Positions 11,178 to 22,638 of a DNA stretch of 64,000 nt are shown piece after piece. A model generated the notes under the pieces. The model saw nothing but the letters and a program-made list of their open reading frames with translations. It was not told the DNA's origin and did no database searches. The stretch is taken from positions 1-64,000 of the forward strand of contig CAWCLO010000002.1 in assembly GCA_963796455.1 (NCBI GenBank), given 5' to 3'. The position numbers and the translations under genes are program-made. Every line of letters begins with the position of its first letter. Positions within the stretch are counted from its first letter, which is position 1. This DNA is from Candidatus Sulfomarinibacteraceae bacterium. Lineage in GTDB: Bacteria > Acidobacteriota > Thermoanaerobaculia > Thermoanaerobaculales > Sulfomarinibacteraceae.

Positions 11178-12040
11178 ATGCGGAGTTTGATGAAAAACCC
11201 GGTCGTCCATATCGTGATTCTCGGCGTGATTGTGGCCGCCGCAGTTCTCCTGGCCAAGGGCCCGCCGACCGCCGATGCATCGCGGCGAGTGGTGGTGACC
11301 GGCGGCGACGTGATGCAGCTGCGGGCGGCCTTTATGCGGACCTGGCAGCGCGAGCCCACCGCCGAGGAGATGCGCAATTCTCTCGAGCAGCACATTCGCC
11401 AAGAAGTTCTTTACCGTGAAGCGCTCGCCCGCGGTTACGACCGCGATGATCAGGTCGTGCGGCGCGCGATGCAACAGAAGATGGAATTCCTGGCAGCCTC
11501 CCAGGCCCTCGATCAACAACCGACCGAGGAAGAAGTCGAGGCCTTTTTCGACCTCCGCCAGGAGCGTTATCGGCTGCCGGCGGTCATCAGCTTTCTCCAG
11601 GTCTACATCAGCAGCGATCGTCACGGTGCGGGGGCGGAACAGGTGGCGATCGACCTGCTCCGGCAACTGCGGACCGAAGACCCCGGCCCCGAATCCCTGG
11701 ACTCCTGGGGTGACCCGATCATGATCGACACCACGCACACAAACGCGAGGGAAAATGAAATCGGTGCGACCTTCGGTGGCGTTTTCGCCGAGGCTGCGGT
11801 GCTGCTCCCGGTGGGTAGCTGGGAGGGTCCGGTGAGCTCGGGCTACGGTCTTCATCTGGTCAAGGTCACCGAACGCGAGGAGTCGCGGATTCCCGATTGG
11901 CGAGAAGTGGCGGTTCGGGTGATCGGCGACATGGAGTTCGAGGCGAAGTCCGCGTCCAAGGACCAGCTCTATCAGGAGATCGCGCAGAACTACGAAGTCG
12001 TTTTTGATTCTGCGGTGGCGGAGCTTTTGGAGTCCACCGA

Positions 12041-12044
<4 letters not shown>
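11178..12044 (+). CDS. Membrane-anchored parvulin-like peptidyl-prolyl isomerase
   Basis: EVLYREALARGYDRDDQVVRR; WEGPVSSGYGLHLV. This type is common beside sulfatases. Confidence 0.85.
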
Positions 12045-14314
<2,270 letters not shown>

Positions 14315-14567
14315 AGACACCACGACGGTTAGTCCACCCGCTCGCCAACCTCGCATGGACGACGCGAAGTTGTATTGAAGCATGATTTTAGGAAAACTTT
14401 GCGTTCTTCGCGTCTTCGCGGTTTCAACCTCGGCGAAGGTGGCTTGAGGGTCGATCGACGATTCTGAGATCAAGCCACGGATCGAATATCTGCGTTCATC
14501 TGCGTGATCAGCGGTTCCTCCGTCTCGTGTCCTTCACGACTTGCAGAGGGTTGGAGGCGCCTTCGGA

Positions 14568-15017
14568 TCAGTTCGTTTTGATCCCGGACTCCACCGCCCG
14601 CGCCAGAGCCTGCATTGCCTGCTCGACACCGTCGCCTTCAGAAAAGGCGAGCACCGAAACGTAGAACTGCCCGCGGTGGAAAGCGATCTGGTAGGAGTCG
14701 TGGGTTGAGGCGTCGCCAAACGCGGTGTCGGTTTCGAGGCCTGCCATGACCTCCGAGAAGATGGTCGCGGCGCCTTCGGCAGAGCCCATGTCGTAGATTT
14801 CGACCTGCACCTCGTCGTCGCCGGATGTGTAGCTCTGGACAATCAAATCGACAAAACCGAGTTCGTGATAACGGTCAGCGCCGCCGTTGATGTGCTCGAA
14901 GAGTGCGCCACCCGAGAAGACCATCGGTTCACCGGAAACGACCCAACCATCAGGGACGCCGTTGCCGGGGAGGAGAGCAGCGGCGGCGGCGAGCAACAAA
15001 GTACAGATGAATTGCAT
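14568..15017 (-). CDS. Secreted DUF6599-like protein
   Basis: Signal peptide, then LFEHINGGADRYHELGF...VEIYDMGSAEGAATIF. Confidence 0.7.
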   Translation of the reverse strand: MQFICTLLLAAAAALLPGNGVPDGWVVSGEPMVFSGGALFEHINGGADRYHELGFVDLIVQSYTSGDDEVQVEIYDMGSAEGAATIFSEVMAGLETDTAFGDASTHDSYQIAFHRGQFYVSVLAFSEGDGVEQAMQALARAVESGIKTN

Positions 15018-15028
15018 CAAGAGAGTCC

Positions 15029-16228
15029 TCAGGTCACCGACGGGCTGCGACGGAAAATGGGTCCGCCAAGGTGAACCCCGAGGCCGAGGTTCTCCGCGCG
15101 GACGAGGAAATCGTGTTGAATAGCGGCCGCCACGGCTTCGGCCTTGGTCTCCACGCCCATCTCGACCCGTTTGGCGGCGATGAGGTTGAACCCGACCGTG
15201 TCGAGGGCCACGGTGTCCGAGGCCACCATGATGGTGTCGGCCGCCCACACGTGCTGCGGCGACGGCCTCGGTCCATTGTCGTACTGGCCACGGAGCCCAT
15301 CCAGGATGGTCAGAACAGCCTTGTCGCGAATCGGCGGAAACGCGCACACATCCGCCGTGTATCGATCGATGAATTTGTGTCCGCGCATGCAGTTGGAGGT
15401 CAGACCAAAGGCCAGGTTCTTGAGCCCGAGGGTCACATAGGACGTCCGGTGATGCTTGAGGGCCGGGATGGAGATGATCTTGTCGATCCTGCGGGTGAGC
15501 ACCTTGGGAAAGTAGGACCGGGTGCCGCCGTTGAGCATCTGTTCGAGGTAATTGTCCTCATCCGGAATCACGAAGTCGCACTCGTAGAATGCCTCCTTGT
15601 CCAGATCGTCGTAGCCTTTCGAGACCTCCCGATTTCCCGATGTCACCGTTCGTTGCAGGAAGACGGCGTCGATGCCCGGATAGCGCTCGCGGTCATAACC
15701 CCATCGAGTGAGGGCGCTTTCGTAGTGCTCAATGAAGAGGATGTTCTTGCGTTTCACTCCGGCGCTTTCGATGGCCGAAATTACCGCCTGGGTGAGAGTG
15801 TGTGTGGTGCCGCACACCGAGCCGCCGACGGGGTTGACCTTGATGGCCACCGTGTCCTCGGGTTTGACGAATGCCAACCACGCCGACTGCGAACTGCCGG
15901 CTCCGGTGAGGCTTTTCATGACCGCCGCCAACATGGCCGCCACCCCGGTGGCATCCGCTCCGTCAGCGGTCCAGACTCCGGGCATCGTGACGTCCGCCAC
16001 GACTCCGCGGTAGCGCCCGGGCATGGAATCCTCGGTTCGTGGGCGGCTGATGGCGTGGGCGATATTGCTCGCCAGCGCGTCGGGATCGGCAACGTCGGGG
16101 ATCGTGGCCGTCGAGTCAACCGCCGGTTCGGCCGAAACTCGCGGGGCCAGGGCGAGACCCACCCCTGCCGTAGCCGCTCCCTGGAGAAACGAACGCCTGT
16201 CGACACCTTTCGGTTTTGTGGTGCTCAT
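15029..16228 (-). CDS. Tat-exported DUF362-domain protein
   Basis: DRRSFLQG twin-arginine signal; VAIKVN; IISIPALKHH...VTLGLKN; SDTVALD. Confidence 0.85.
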   Translation of the reverse strand: MSTTKPKGVDRRSFLQGAATAGVGLALAPRVSAEPAVDSTATIPDVADPDALASNIAHAISRPRTEDSMPGRYRGVVADVTMPGVWTADGADATGVAAMLAAVMKSLTGAGSSQSAWLAFVKPEDTVAIKVNPVGGSVCGTTHTLTQAVISAIESAGVKRKNILFIEHYESALTRWGYDRERYPGIDAVFLQRTVTSGNREVSKGYDDLDKEAFYECDFVIPDEDNYLEQMLNGGTRSYFPKVLTRRIDKIISIPALKHHRTSYVTLGLKNLAFGLTSNCMRGHKFIDRYTADVCAFPPIRDKAVLTILDGLRGQYDNGPRPSPQHVWAADTIMVASDTVALDTVGFNLIAAKRVEMGVETKAEAVAAAIQHDFLVRAENLGLGVHLGGPIFRRSPSVT

Positions 16229-16302
16229 GCTGTTCCTCCCTGGTGAGCCATAAGTCGATACGCGGCACAGCCAAAGGAGTTTATCGCATTCGGCCCCTTG
16301 GT

Positions 16303-16572
16303 CTACGAGAGATCGATTTGATCCACGATGCCCACAACCACGGCGCGTATCGGCGCCTCCGGTGCATCAAGAACCTGGCGAGCGCCGTTGCCCTCATCGA
16401 GCACCAAAACCATTTCGCCGGCCCCGGCCCCGACCGCATCCACGGCGATCAGGTCTTTACCGGTTGCCACACCATCCGGTCCAAGCAGATCCACAAAAAG
16501 AAGCGTCCGGCCTTCGAGACTCGGCGAACAGATGGTCGAGACCACAGTGGCGGCGACCCTTCCGATTTTCAC
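16303..16572 (-). CDS. BMC pentamer (EutN/CcmL family) #3
   Basis: KIGRVAATVVST...AVDAVGAGAGEMVL...IRAVVVGIVD. The GTG start overlaps the upstream TGA. Confidence 0.92.
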   Translation of the reverse strand: MKIGRVAATVVSTICSPSLEGRTLLFVDLLGPDGVATGKDLIAVDAVGAGAGEMVLVLDEGNGARQVLDAPEAPIRAVVVGIVDQIDLS

Positions 16573-16853
16573 CGTCGTGCTCCGTCCCACGCCTCGACCG
16601 AATCAACAATGCCGACGATGGCATGATCCACCGGACCGGGCGGGGGAGGCAGAGCCAGGGACGCTTCCCGGCTCGCCACGACCGCGACCAGATCGTCCGG
16701 TGCCGCCATGTTGACTCCATCGGCTGCCACGACCGCATTGCCTCGAGGCTTCTGGTGCCGATCGAGAGGTTGTACGATCAACAGCCGTAGACCTTCGAGG
16801 CCGTCGTACATCGTGCTCGCGACCACCGTTCCGATGACTCGACCCAACTCCAT
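16569..16853 (-). CDS. BMC pentamer (EutN/CcmL family) #2
   Basis: MELGRVIGTVVAS...LEGLRLLIVQP...VDHAIVGIVD. Confidence 0.92.
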   Translation of the reverse strand: MELGRVIGTVVASTMYDGLEGLRLLIVQPLDRHQKPRGNAVVAADGVNMAAPDDLVAVVASREASLALPPPPGPVDHAIVGIVDSVEAWDGARR

Positions 16854-16854
16854 C

Positions 16855-17460
16855 TCAACCTGCTCCGTGGATTCGATCTGAAAACTCGGGTGCGCCCTCG
16901 AGGTTTTCGAGCATTTCCTGGTGAAAATCTGGAATGACCACCTTGGCGATGAGATTCTCCGGATCGTCGAGGTGGTCCGCCGCCAGATCGACCGCCGCTT
17001 CCACATCGGCGACGGCGCCCGAAAAGACGCAATAGGCCTTGCCGCCGAGACGATCGGCGAGGCGTATTTCCAACAGAGTGACCTCGGCGCCCTTCAAGCC
17101 CCGGTCGGCGGCGCCGACGATCGCGGCCACGGTGCGGGTTTCGACCACGCCCAGGGCCTCCCCACCGGAGTGCCCCCGAGCTCCGCGAAGAATTCTCGCC
17201 ACATCGGGGTGGACCGCCGGGAGAAAGACCTGATCCACCAGCGCTTCGCGCCCGGCCTCGATTCCGGCGGCGTAGGATTCTTCGACGCAGGCCACATCGC
17301 CACCGACCAGCACGAGATATTTGCCGGGGTGAACGGTGCCGGCATAGGTGACCTCCACCGGGGCCCGCTTGACCATGGCGTTGCCTGCCCGGACCCCGAT
17401 TGCGATGGAATCGAACTCGAGCAGGGCGATGGATGGTTGCATTGAGCTGATCTCCGTCAT
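16855..17460 (-). CDS. BMC tandem-domain shell protein, PduT-like (BMC-T)
   Basis: ALLEFDSIAIG...MVK...TVHPGKY...ALGVVET...IRLADRLGGKAY. Two BMC domains. Confidence 0.9.
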   Translation of the reverse strand: MTEISSMQPSIALLEFDSIAIGVRAGNAMVKRAPVEVTYAGTVHPGKYLVLVGGDVACVEESYAAGIEAGREALVDQVFLPAVHPDVARILRGARGHSGGEALGVVETRTVAAIVGAADRGLKGAEVTLLEIRLADRLGGKAYCVFSGAVADVEAAVDLAADHLDDPENLIAKVVIPDFHQEMLENLEGAPEFSDRIHGAG

Positions 17461-18899
17461 ACGATCCGCAGCCCCCCGGCCACGGTCATCCGGCGCTCGC
17501 GTGAAAAGGAGCGGGGTCGGGTCAGCCCCTCCCCGGTGGGGCTCGCGATCGAGAACGAGGTATAACCTTCGCCGCCGTCGCCGAGCCCTGCCAGGTTCGC
17601 AGCGTTGGCAACAAAGATGGAGACATCGATCTCCCGCGCCATGCGGGTGATGGCGTCGACATCGCGAGAATAGATCGATGCGGTGTGACCGCAACCGTGT
17701 TCGGCGCGGACCGCGAGATCGATGGCCCGATCCACATCAGGCACGCGCACGACCGGCATCACCGGCATCATCTGTTCGGTCCACACCAGCGAGTGTTCGG
17801 CGGGAACATCAAGGACCAGCATGCGAAGATCGCCTTCCGCTTGAACGCCGATCTCTTTGAGAATCAAACCGGCATTCTGGCCGATCCACTTCGGGTTGAC
17901 CTTGCCTTTTTTGCCCGGCGCGCCGATCTCTCGGAAGATGACCCGTTCGAGTTTGGTGATCTCGTGCTTCTTTGCCACGTAGGCGCGGTTGGCGGTCATT
18001 GCTCGGAGCAGTTGATCGGCCACCGACTGAACAACAAAAACGACCTTTTCATCGGTGCAGATGAGATTGTTGTCAAAGGACCCACCACGTACGATTTCGC
18101 GGCCGGCGAGCTCGATGTCGGCGGTTTCATCCACCACCACCGGCGGGTTGCCGGGGCCGGCGAGGATCGACCGTTTGCGGGTCTTTCGAGCTTCCTCCAC
18201 CACCCCCGGCCCGCCGGTGATCATAAGGATCCGGGTCAAAGGGTGGTTCATCAACTGTTGGGCGCTTTCGATGGTGGGTTCGGGAACCGCGGTCACGAGA
18301 TTGGCGGGGCCTCCGGCGGAACAGATGGCCTGATTGATGATACGGATGGTCTCGACCGAAACGTTTTTGGCGTTCGGGTGGGCGTTGAAAGCGACCGCGT
18401 TGCCGGCGGAGACGGCAGCGATGGTGTTGTTGATGATGGTGGCGGTCGGATTGGTGGTGGGGGTGATGGCTCCGATCACACCAAAGGGGGCATATTCGAC
18501 GACCGTCAGACCCTGGTCGCCGGACCAGACCGATGGTTCGAGGTCTTCGGGGCCGGGGGTCTTTTCGGTTACCAGTTGGTTTTTGAGGACTTTGTCCTCC
18601 GCACGCCCGAGCCCGGTTTCGCGGTGGGCCATCTCGGCCAGCTCGCGCCCCCTGGAGCGCATGGCGGCGCGCACCGCGTCGATGACGCAACGGCGCTTCT
18701 CGAGCCCCATCGACCGATAGGCCTCGAAGGCGCTGCGCGCCGCTGTCACGGCCTGGTCGACGGTCTCGAAGATACCGTCTCCCACCGCGGCCCCTTTCCT
18801 GACGGCCGGTGCCGGCGTCTCGGAATGGCCGCGCATTTTCAGCCGCACCCGTTCGACGACGGCCTCGATCTCTTTCTGGTCAAATACAGCGTTCCGCAC
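17457..18899 (-). CDS. CoA-acylating aldehyde dehydrogenase (EutE/PduP type) with N-terminal encapsulation peptide
   Basis: PFGVIGAITPTTNPT; GPGNPPVVVDETAD; SFDNNLICTDEK (catalytic Cys); IASPTGEG. RBS GGAGG before GTG 18899. Confidence 0.93.
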   Translation of the reverse strand: MRNAVFDQKEIEAVVERVRLKMRGHSETPAPAVRKGAAVGDGIFETVDQAVTAARSAFEAYRSMGLEKRRCVIDAVRAAMRSRGRELAEMAHRETGLGRAEDKVLKNQLVTEKTPGPEDLEPSVWSGDQGLTVVEYAPFGVIGAITPTTNPTATIINNTIAAVSAGNAVAFNAHPNAKNVSVETIRIINQAICSAGGPANLVTAVPEPTIESAQQLMNHPLTRILMITGGPGVVEEARKTRKRSILAGPGNPPVVVDETADIELAGREIVRGGSFDNNLICTDEKVVFVVQSVADQLLRAMTANRAYVAKKHEITKLERVIFREIGAPGKKGKVNPKWIGQNAGLILKEIGVQAEGDLRMLVLDVPAEHSLVWTEQMMPVMPVVRVPDVDRAIDLAVRAEHGCGHTASIYSRDVDAITRMAREIDVSIFVANAANLAGLGDGGEGYTSFSIASPTGEGLTRPRSFSRERRMTVAGGLRIV

Positions 18900-18966
18900 A
18901 AGTCCTCCGCCGGCCCACCGCGCGGTCAGGGCGCCACGACGCCGCAACCACGATCAGAAAATCAAG

Positions 18967-19281
18967 TCAGCTGGCCCATTCGCCGTCTGCTGGTGTCTTG
19001 CGGTAGATGTCCTTGCCACCGACCTCCCAGCTGTCGACGATCGCCATGATCACCGCGTCGCAGGGCCGGTCGCGGGTCCGCTCGGTCTGCCGGGCGGACG
19101 AACCCGAGGCCCACAACACGACCTCACCAACCCCGGCGCCGACAGAGTCTGCCGCGACAACCTGGCCACCGGTCTCCTTGCCGTCGATCCCGAGTTCGCG
19201 AACCACCAGGAACTTCTGGCCTTCGAGGCCTTCGTCCTTGCGGCTCGCGACCAGGGTTCCGGCCACTCGCCCGAGCAGCAT
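18967..19281 (-). CDS. BMC pentamer (EutN/CcmL family) #1
   Basis: [15 protein letters not shown]...[14 protein letters not shown]...GSSAR...DAVIMAIVD. Confidence 0.95.
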   Translation of the reverse strand: MLLGRVAGTLVASRKDEGLEGQKFLVVRELGIDGKETGGQVVAADSVGAGVGEVVLWASGSSARQTERTRDRPCDAVIMAIVDSWEVGGKDIYRKTPADGEWAS

Positions 19282-19598
19282 CAGCGCTTGCCTTTGCCCT
19301 TGCCCTCGCCGGCAGCCTCGTCGGCGCGGCCGAGGGGCAGCACGAGATCGATGTTGGTGTGGGGGCGTGCGATGACGTGGGTGGAAACCACCTCGCCGAT
19401 GGTCTCGGCGCCGCGGACCCCGGCTTCGACTGCGGCCTTGACCGCAGCCACATCGCCGCGGACGATGGCGGTCACATATCCGCCTCCGGTTTTTTCATAG
19501 GTCACGAGGTCGACCTTGGCCGCCTTGACCATGGCGTCGGCGGCCTCGACAACCGCCGCAAATCCCCGGCACTCGATCATTCCCAAAGCTTCAGCCAT
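19281..19598 (-). CDS. BMC hexamer shell protein (EutM/PduA-like)
   Basis: [26 protein letters not shown]...[19 protein letters not shown]...HVIARPH. Confidence 0.96.
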   Translation of the reverse strand: MAEALGMIECRGFAAVVEAADAMVKAAKVDLVTYEKTGGGYVTAIVRGDVAAVKAAVEAGVRGAETIGEVVSTHVIARPHTNIDLVLPLGRADEAAGEGKGKGKR

Positions 19599-19664
19599 TC
19601 TCTGCTCCTTTCGCGCAACCCGGAGCCAATTCCGAACTCCGAATTCCGAACTCCGAATTCAAAT

Positions 19665-20291
19665 TCATTTTTCTTCTCTTCCATCAACTGCTTCGATGGC
19701 TGCCACTGCGGCCTGCCACCCGACATCGATGTCTTTTTCTTCGCCGCCGAGATAGATCCGCCCCATCGAACCAAAGGCCCGAACCTCGAGGACGTTGATG
19801 TTGGCCGCCTTTTCCGCCTCGTTGGCGGCCAGGGCCGCATAGGCGGCAGGCTCGACCTCCATCACATACATGGTCTGGCCGGGGATGATCATGTTGCCGT
19901 GGCGCATCCGGTTGATGAGCTGGACCTGATGATCATCGAGGTGACGAATCACCTGGCTGGACAAAATTTTGGGCTTTCGGCGGTCGGTCTCTTTGAGCCC
20001 GATTTCGGCCAGGATGGCCTCTCCTGCGGCACGGGTATCGGCCTGTTCCTCGGAGTGGACCTCGAGCAACCCGTAATAGCGCTCGACGATCTGCATTCCT
20101 GGCCGGACGTGGGTCGCCTTGAGCGCCACGTCGGTGAGGCGGTTGATCTCGATACCCGGCGAGATCTCCACATACAGGGATGTGTCGCCCGCCAACGGCA
20201 GAAAGCCTTGCGCCGTCGTACCGAGAAAGGCCGCATACTGTGGCTGAAGAGAGTCGAGAAAGACATACGAGCGGAGGTCAATACGATTCAC
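19665..20291 (-). CDS. BMC tandem-domain shell protein, CcmP-like (double-stacking BMC-T)
   Basis: [13 protein letters not shown]...[11 protein letters not shown]...[11 protein letters not shown]...GRIYLGG. GTG start after RBS AAGGAG. Confidence 0.92.
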   Translation of the reverse strand: MNRIDLRSYVFLDSLQPQYAAFLGTTAQGFLPLAGDTSLYVEISPGIEINRLTDVALKATHVRPGMQIVERYYGLLEVHSEEQADTRAAGEAILAEIGLKETDRRKPKILSSQVIRHLDDHQVQLINRMRHGNMIIPGQTMYVMEVEPAAYAALAANEAEKAANINVLEVRAFGSMGRIYLGGEEKDIDVGWQAAVAAIEAVDGREEK

Positions 20292-21108
20292 CTGAGTCTC
20301 CTTCCTCACCCGAGACGATGCGGACGCCGGCAGAGGCCCCGATGCGGGTCGCTCCGGCGGTGATCATCTCGCGCACCTCGGCGGCGGTATGGATCCCACC
20401 GGCCGCTTTGACACCGATTTTTTTGCCGACCACCTCGCGCATCAGGGCGACATCGAAGACGGTGGCGCCGCCGGGTCCGAAGCCGGTCGAAGTCTTGACG
20501 TAGTGGGCCCGGGCCTGGGTTGCGAGACGGCAGGCGATGACCTTTTCTTCGTCGGTCAGATAGGCCGTCTCGATGATGACCTTGTTGAGCGCGCCGACTT
20601 CGCGGCAGGCATCCGAGACACCGGCGATGTCGCGCCGAACGAGGTCGTGTTCGCCGCCTTTGAGGGCACCGACGTTGATGACCATATCGATCTCACGGGC
20701 GCCATCGCGCAGTGCGCGTCGCGCCTCCATCGCTTTGATTTCGGGTGTATTGGCGCCGAGTGGGAAGCCGACAACCGAGGCGATCGTGACCTTTGTGCCC
20801 CGCAACCGGCGGCGCGCCCGAGCGACCCAGACCGGGTTGATGCAGACAGCGGCAAATCCATACTGGGCCGCCTCGTCACACAGAAGATCGATGTCGCTCG
20901 GCATCGCTTGGGGTTTGAGCAGGGTGTGGTCGATGAACTCGGCCAGTCCGCTCGGCACGTCGGCGCCGTTGCCGCAGTAACCCAGGCGAACCGCCCCGGT
21001 TGCGACGACTTCCGGAGCATTTTGAAGCCCCTGGTCGGCAGGGCCCTCCGACAAAGTGGCCAGCACCTGGCGCGTCACCACTTCGATCAGCTCGTCACGA
21101 TTGATCAT
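20278..21108 (-). CDS. deoC: Deoxyribose-phosphate aldolase with N-terminal extension
   Basis: [47 protein letters not shown]. Confidence 0.95.
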   Translation of the reverse strand: MINRDELIEVVTRQVLATLSEGPADQGLQNAPEVVATGAVRLGYCGNGADVPSGLAEFIDHTLLKPQAMPSDIDLLCDEAAQYGFAAVCINPVWVARARRRLRGTKVTIASVVGFPLGANTPEIKAMEARRALRDGAREIDMVINVGALKGGEHDLVRRDIAGVSDACREVGALNKVIIETAYLTDEEKVIACRLATQARAHYVKTSTGFGPGGATVFDVALMREVVGKKIGVKAAGGIHTAAEVREMITAGATRIGASAGVRIVSGEEGDSGESY

Positions 21109-21647
21109 GATGCTTTCCCCGATCGCAGATACCGCTCCTCGACCTCGGTGATCTTGGCCACCCTCTGGGCGTGGCGATCCGGTCCCCATGGGGTCGCCAG
21201 CCATTCGTCGACGATCTGACGGGCGAGATTCGGACCGACAAGACCGGCTCCAAGGGTGAGGACATTGGCATGGTTGTGCTCGCGGCTGTTTCGAGCAGAG
21301 GACAGGTCGTAACAAAGAGCCGCGCGGACTCCCGGGACCTTGTTGGCAACCATTGCGGAACCGATTCCGGCCCCGTCGATGATGATGCCCCAGCGGCAGA
21401 CGCCGGTTCCCACCAGATTGGCGACCGCGTGGGCGAAGTCGGGATAATCCACCGCATCGGTGGATGTGCAGCCGCAGTCGTGAACCTCGAGATTTTGAGC
21501 GTGAAGGTGTTTCAGCAACTGTTGTTTGAGGCCGTATCCGCCGTGGTCGGAGCCGATGGCGATGGTCTCGGCTCCATGCTCGGTAGCGCCCATCACCTCA
21601 TCGACGACGCGCGTCACGAGGTCGCGGATATCTGATTCAGTCGTCAT
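21105..21647 (-). CDS. rpiB: RpiB/LacAB-family sugar-phosphate isomerase with N-terminal extension
   Basis: IGSDHGG; VDYPDFA; ANKVPGVRAA; SREHNHANVL; RHAQRVAKI. Confidence 0.92.
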   Translation of the reverse strand: MTTESDIRDLVTRVVDEVMGATEHGAETIAIGSDHGGYGLKQQLLKHLHAQNLEVHDCGCTSTDAVDYPDFAHAVANLVGTGVCRWGIIIDGAGIGSAMVANKVPGVRAALCYDLSSARNSREHNHANVLTLGAGLVGPNLARQIVDEWLATPWGPDRHAQRVAKITEVEERYLRSGKAS

Positions 21648-21650
21648 GGA

Positions 21651-22322
21651 TCACCAGGCCTTCCAATCGGCGGGTGGGGACGATTGTTTCGGGAGCGGGC
21701 GTGAGGGACCGGGAAGCGGTTCGGTTGTGTGGTCTCTCTCTTCGAGCAAGAGCAGATAGGATCGAAGCTGGTCGATGGCGGCGTCCAGTGGTGCGACACT
21801 CTGATCGACCCGTGCCTGCAGAACCGCGCCCTCCATGGTGCTCAGGACGGTGCTCGCCAGGGCCGCTCGATCAAGACCCTTTGGCAGGCGTGGCCCCGCT
21901 TCCTCGAGCAGGGCTTCAACCCTGCCGCTCCAGCTTGCAAAGAGCTTGGCGATCCGCAGCCGAACGCGGGGATAGCTGTCGGACATCTCCGCGGCCAAAG
22001 CGCCCATCGGTGACCCGAGGCCGAAATTGCTGTCGCGGAGGTTGCCGCGGTAGATGTCGAGGATCGCGAGCACCTGCTCGATGGGGTCATCCGTGCGCAG
22101 GCGTGCCGGGCCGAAGATCTCGCTCTCAAAGAGCTCTTCGACGTGATCGACCACCGCGAGTACGAGATCTTCTTTGGCCGGAAAGAAGTGATAGAAGGAG
22201 CCGCTGGTGGCCCCAGCCTGTTGGATGATCTCGTTGACTCCGGTCTGAGCGTATCCCTGCCGCCAGAACAATTCGGCGGCGGTGGTGATCAGCCGTTCTC
22301 GAGTCGTCGTTTGACGGGGCAA
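21651..22322 (-). CDS. TetR/AcrR-family regulator (NemR/LmrA-like)
   Basis: RERLITTAAELFWRQGYAQTGVNEI...GSFYHFFPAKEDL. Ends 3 nt before rpiB. Confidence 0.92.
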   Translation of the reverse strand: MPRQTTTRERLITTAAELFWRQGYAQTGVNEIIQQAGATSGSFYHFFPAKEDLVLAVVDHVEELFESEIFGPARLRTDDPIEQVLAILDIYRGNLRDSNFGLGSPMGALAAEMSDSYPRVRLRIAKLFASWSGRVEALLEEAGPRLPKGLDRAALASTVLSTMEGAVLQARVDQSVAPLDAAIDQLRSYLLLLEERDHTTEPLPGPSRPLPKQSSPPADWKAW

Positions 22323-22355
22323 GGGTGATTCTCCTGCGAAATCGAAGCAATTAAC

Positions 22356-22367
22356 TAGAACGTTCTA
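22356..22367. promoter_or_regulatory. Candidate TetR operator
   Basis: Perfect palindrome TAGAACGTTCTA in an AT-rich patch 34 nt upstream of the tetR start. Confidence 0.65.
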
Positions 22368-22425
22368 TCTAGTACAAGATAAAGTGCGAGAGCACAGGTG
22401 TCAAGGGACACTCGAAACCCGGAGA

Positions 22426-22581
22426 AACCGCAGATCACGCAGATGAGCGCCGATGCGATGATCGCTATCGCTATCGCTATCGCTATCGCTATCGCTATCG
22501 CTACTGCTGGCGGTATCGGAAGATCTGGTCGGAGAAGGGGGAAGGGAGAAAGGGAGAAAGGGAGAAAGGGAGAAAGGGAGA
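22426..22581. repeat. Composite intergenic repeats: CGCAGAT motif, (ATCGCT)x7, (GGGAGAAA)x4+
   Basis: Read directly at 22426-22454, 22461-22502 and 22544-22581. Confidence 0.9.
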
Positions 22582-22638
22582 CCAGCAATCTGTAGCGCTC
22601 TCGTGGGGAGGGCCGGTCCTCCCCTTCTCCCTTTCAGA

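Noticed and set aside
16303..21647. Carboxysome or Eut/Pdu metabolosome
   Set aside because: No RuBisCO, ammonia-lyase, diol dehydratase or glycyl-radical enzyme is present. The signature enzymes are RpiB and DeoC.
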